From NCBI GenBank assembly GCA_013265495.1, contig MU058384.1, positions 5,762,792 through 5,826,791 on the forward strand: a DNA stretch of 64,000 bases. Reading direction: 5' to 3'. Position 1 is the stretch's first letter. Each line of letters begins with the position of its first letter. Below, piece by piece: positions 63,623-64,000 of the stretch. Made by a program: the position numbers and the translations under genes. The DNA is from Vicugna vicugna. Its lineage: Eukaryota. The notes under the pieces are model-generated. The model did no database searches and was not told the DNA's origin. It worked only from the letters and a program-made list of their open reading frames with translations.

Positions 63623-64000
63623 GGATACAAGGAAACCACCAAGGGCCAAAAACAACTCACCTCATGCAGCACCTCAAGGGGGTTGGGCAGACCACCCAAG
63701 TCTCCCTCCTCTGCAGCCTAACCCTGGTCAGCAAAAGCATGGGAAAAACCCTTTAAACCATCATTCAGTTAAGCCTTGACAAACACCATTACAGATATCA
63801 AATGGTCACCAATGACAATAGAGTCCTGCTTGGTTACAAAGTCTTTTAGTGGAAGAGGGGAAGATAATCAAGTAAATAAACATGCCTCCATATATCTGAA
63901 AACACACATTCTGTGCCCAGCACAAGAGAGGGTCTGGGGGTGGGGCAGCAGAAGTTGGCAGAGTAGGGTGGTCGTCATGGGAGAGGCGGCTCATGAGATG

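Larger units (their letters stand above)
50049..64000 (+). other. SLC2A12: SLC2A12 intron 1 (continues beyond the window)
   Basis: Starts at the GT donor. No ORF resembling GLUT12 exon 2 (GCGMFTFLSS...GYELG) in the remaining 14 kb, which is repeat-rich. Confidence 0.85.

Overview
Mammalian nuclear DNA, almost certainly camelid: it carries six copies of a tRNA-Ala(AGC)-headed SINE matching the camelid vic-1 type. The only protein-coding sequence I can support is coding exon 1 of SLC2A12 (GLUT12), + strand, 49934-50048, inside a CpG-rich promoter. Everything downstream is intron 1; exon 2 is not in the window. The ~50 kb upstream is intergenic (in human synteny, the SGK1-SLC2A12 interval) and is a mosaic of MIR, L2, L1, MLT1/ERV LTRs and DNA-transposon fossils. 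Nearly all supplied ORFs are noise. I found no convincing undescribed biological system. The best leads are two uORFs just before the GLUT12 start codon, a perfect 236-bp tandem duplication, a tailless SINE copy nested in an MLT1 LTR, a decayed fish/Tx1-like LINE ORF2 fossil, and a well-preserved solo LTR that splits an old L1. Repeat family names come from recalled consensus sequences, not a database search, and repeat boundaries without target-site duplications (TSDs) are approximate.
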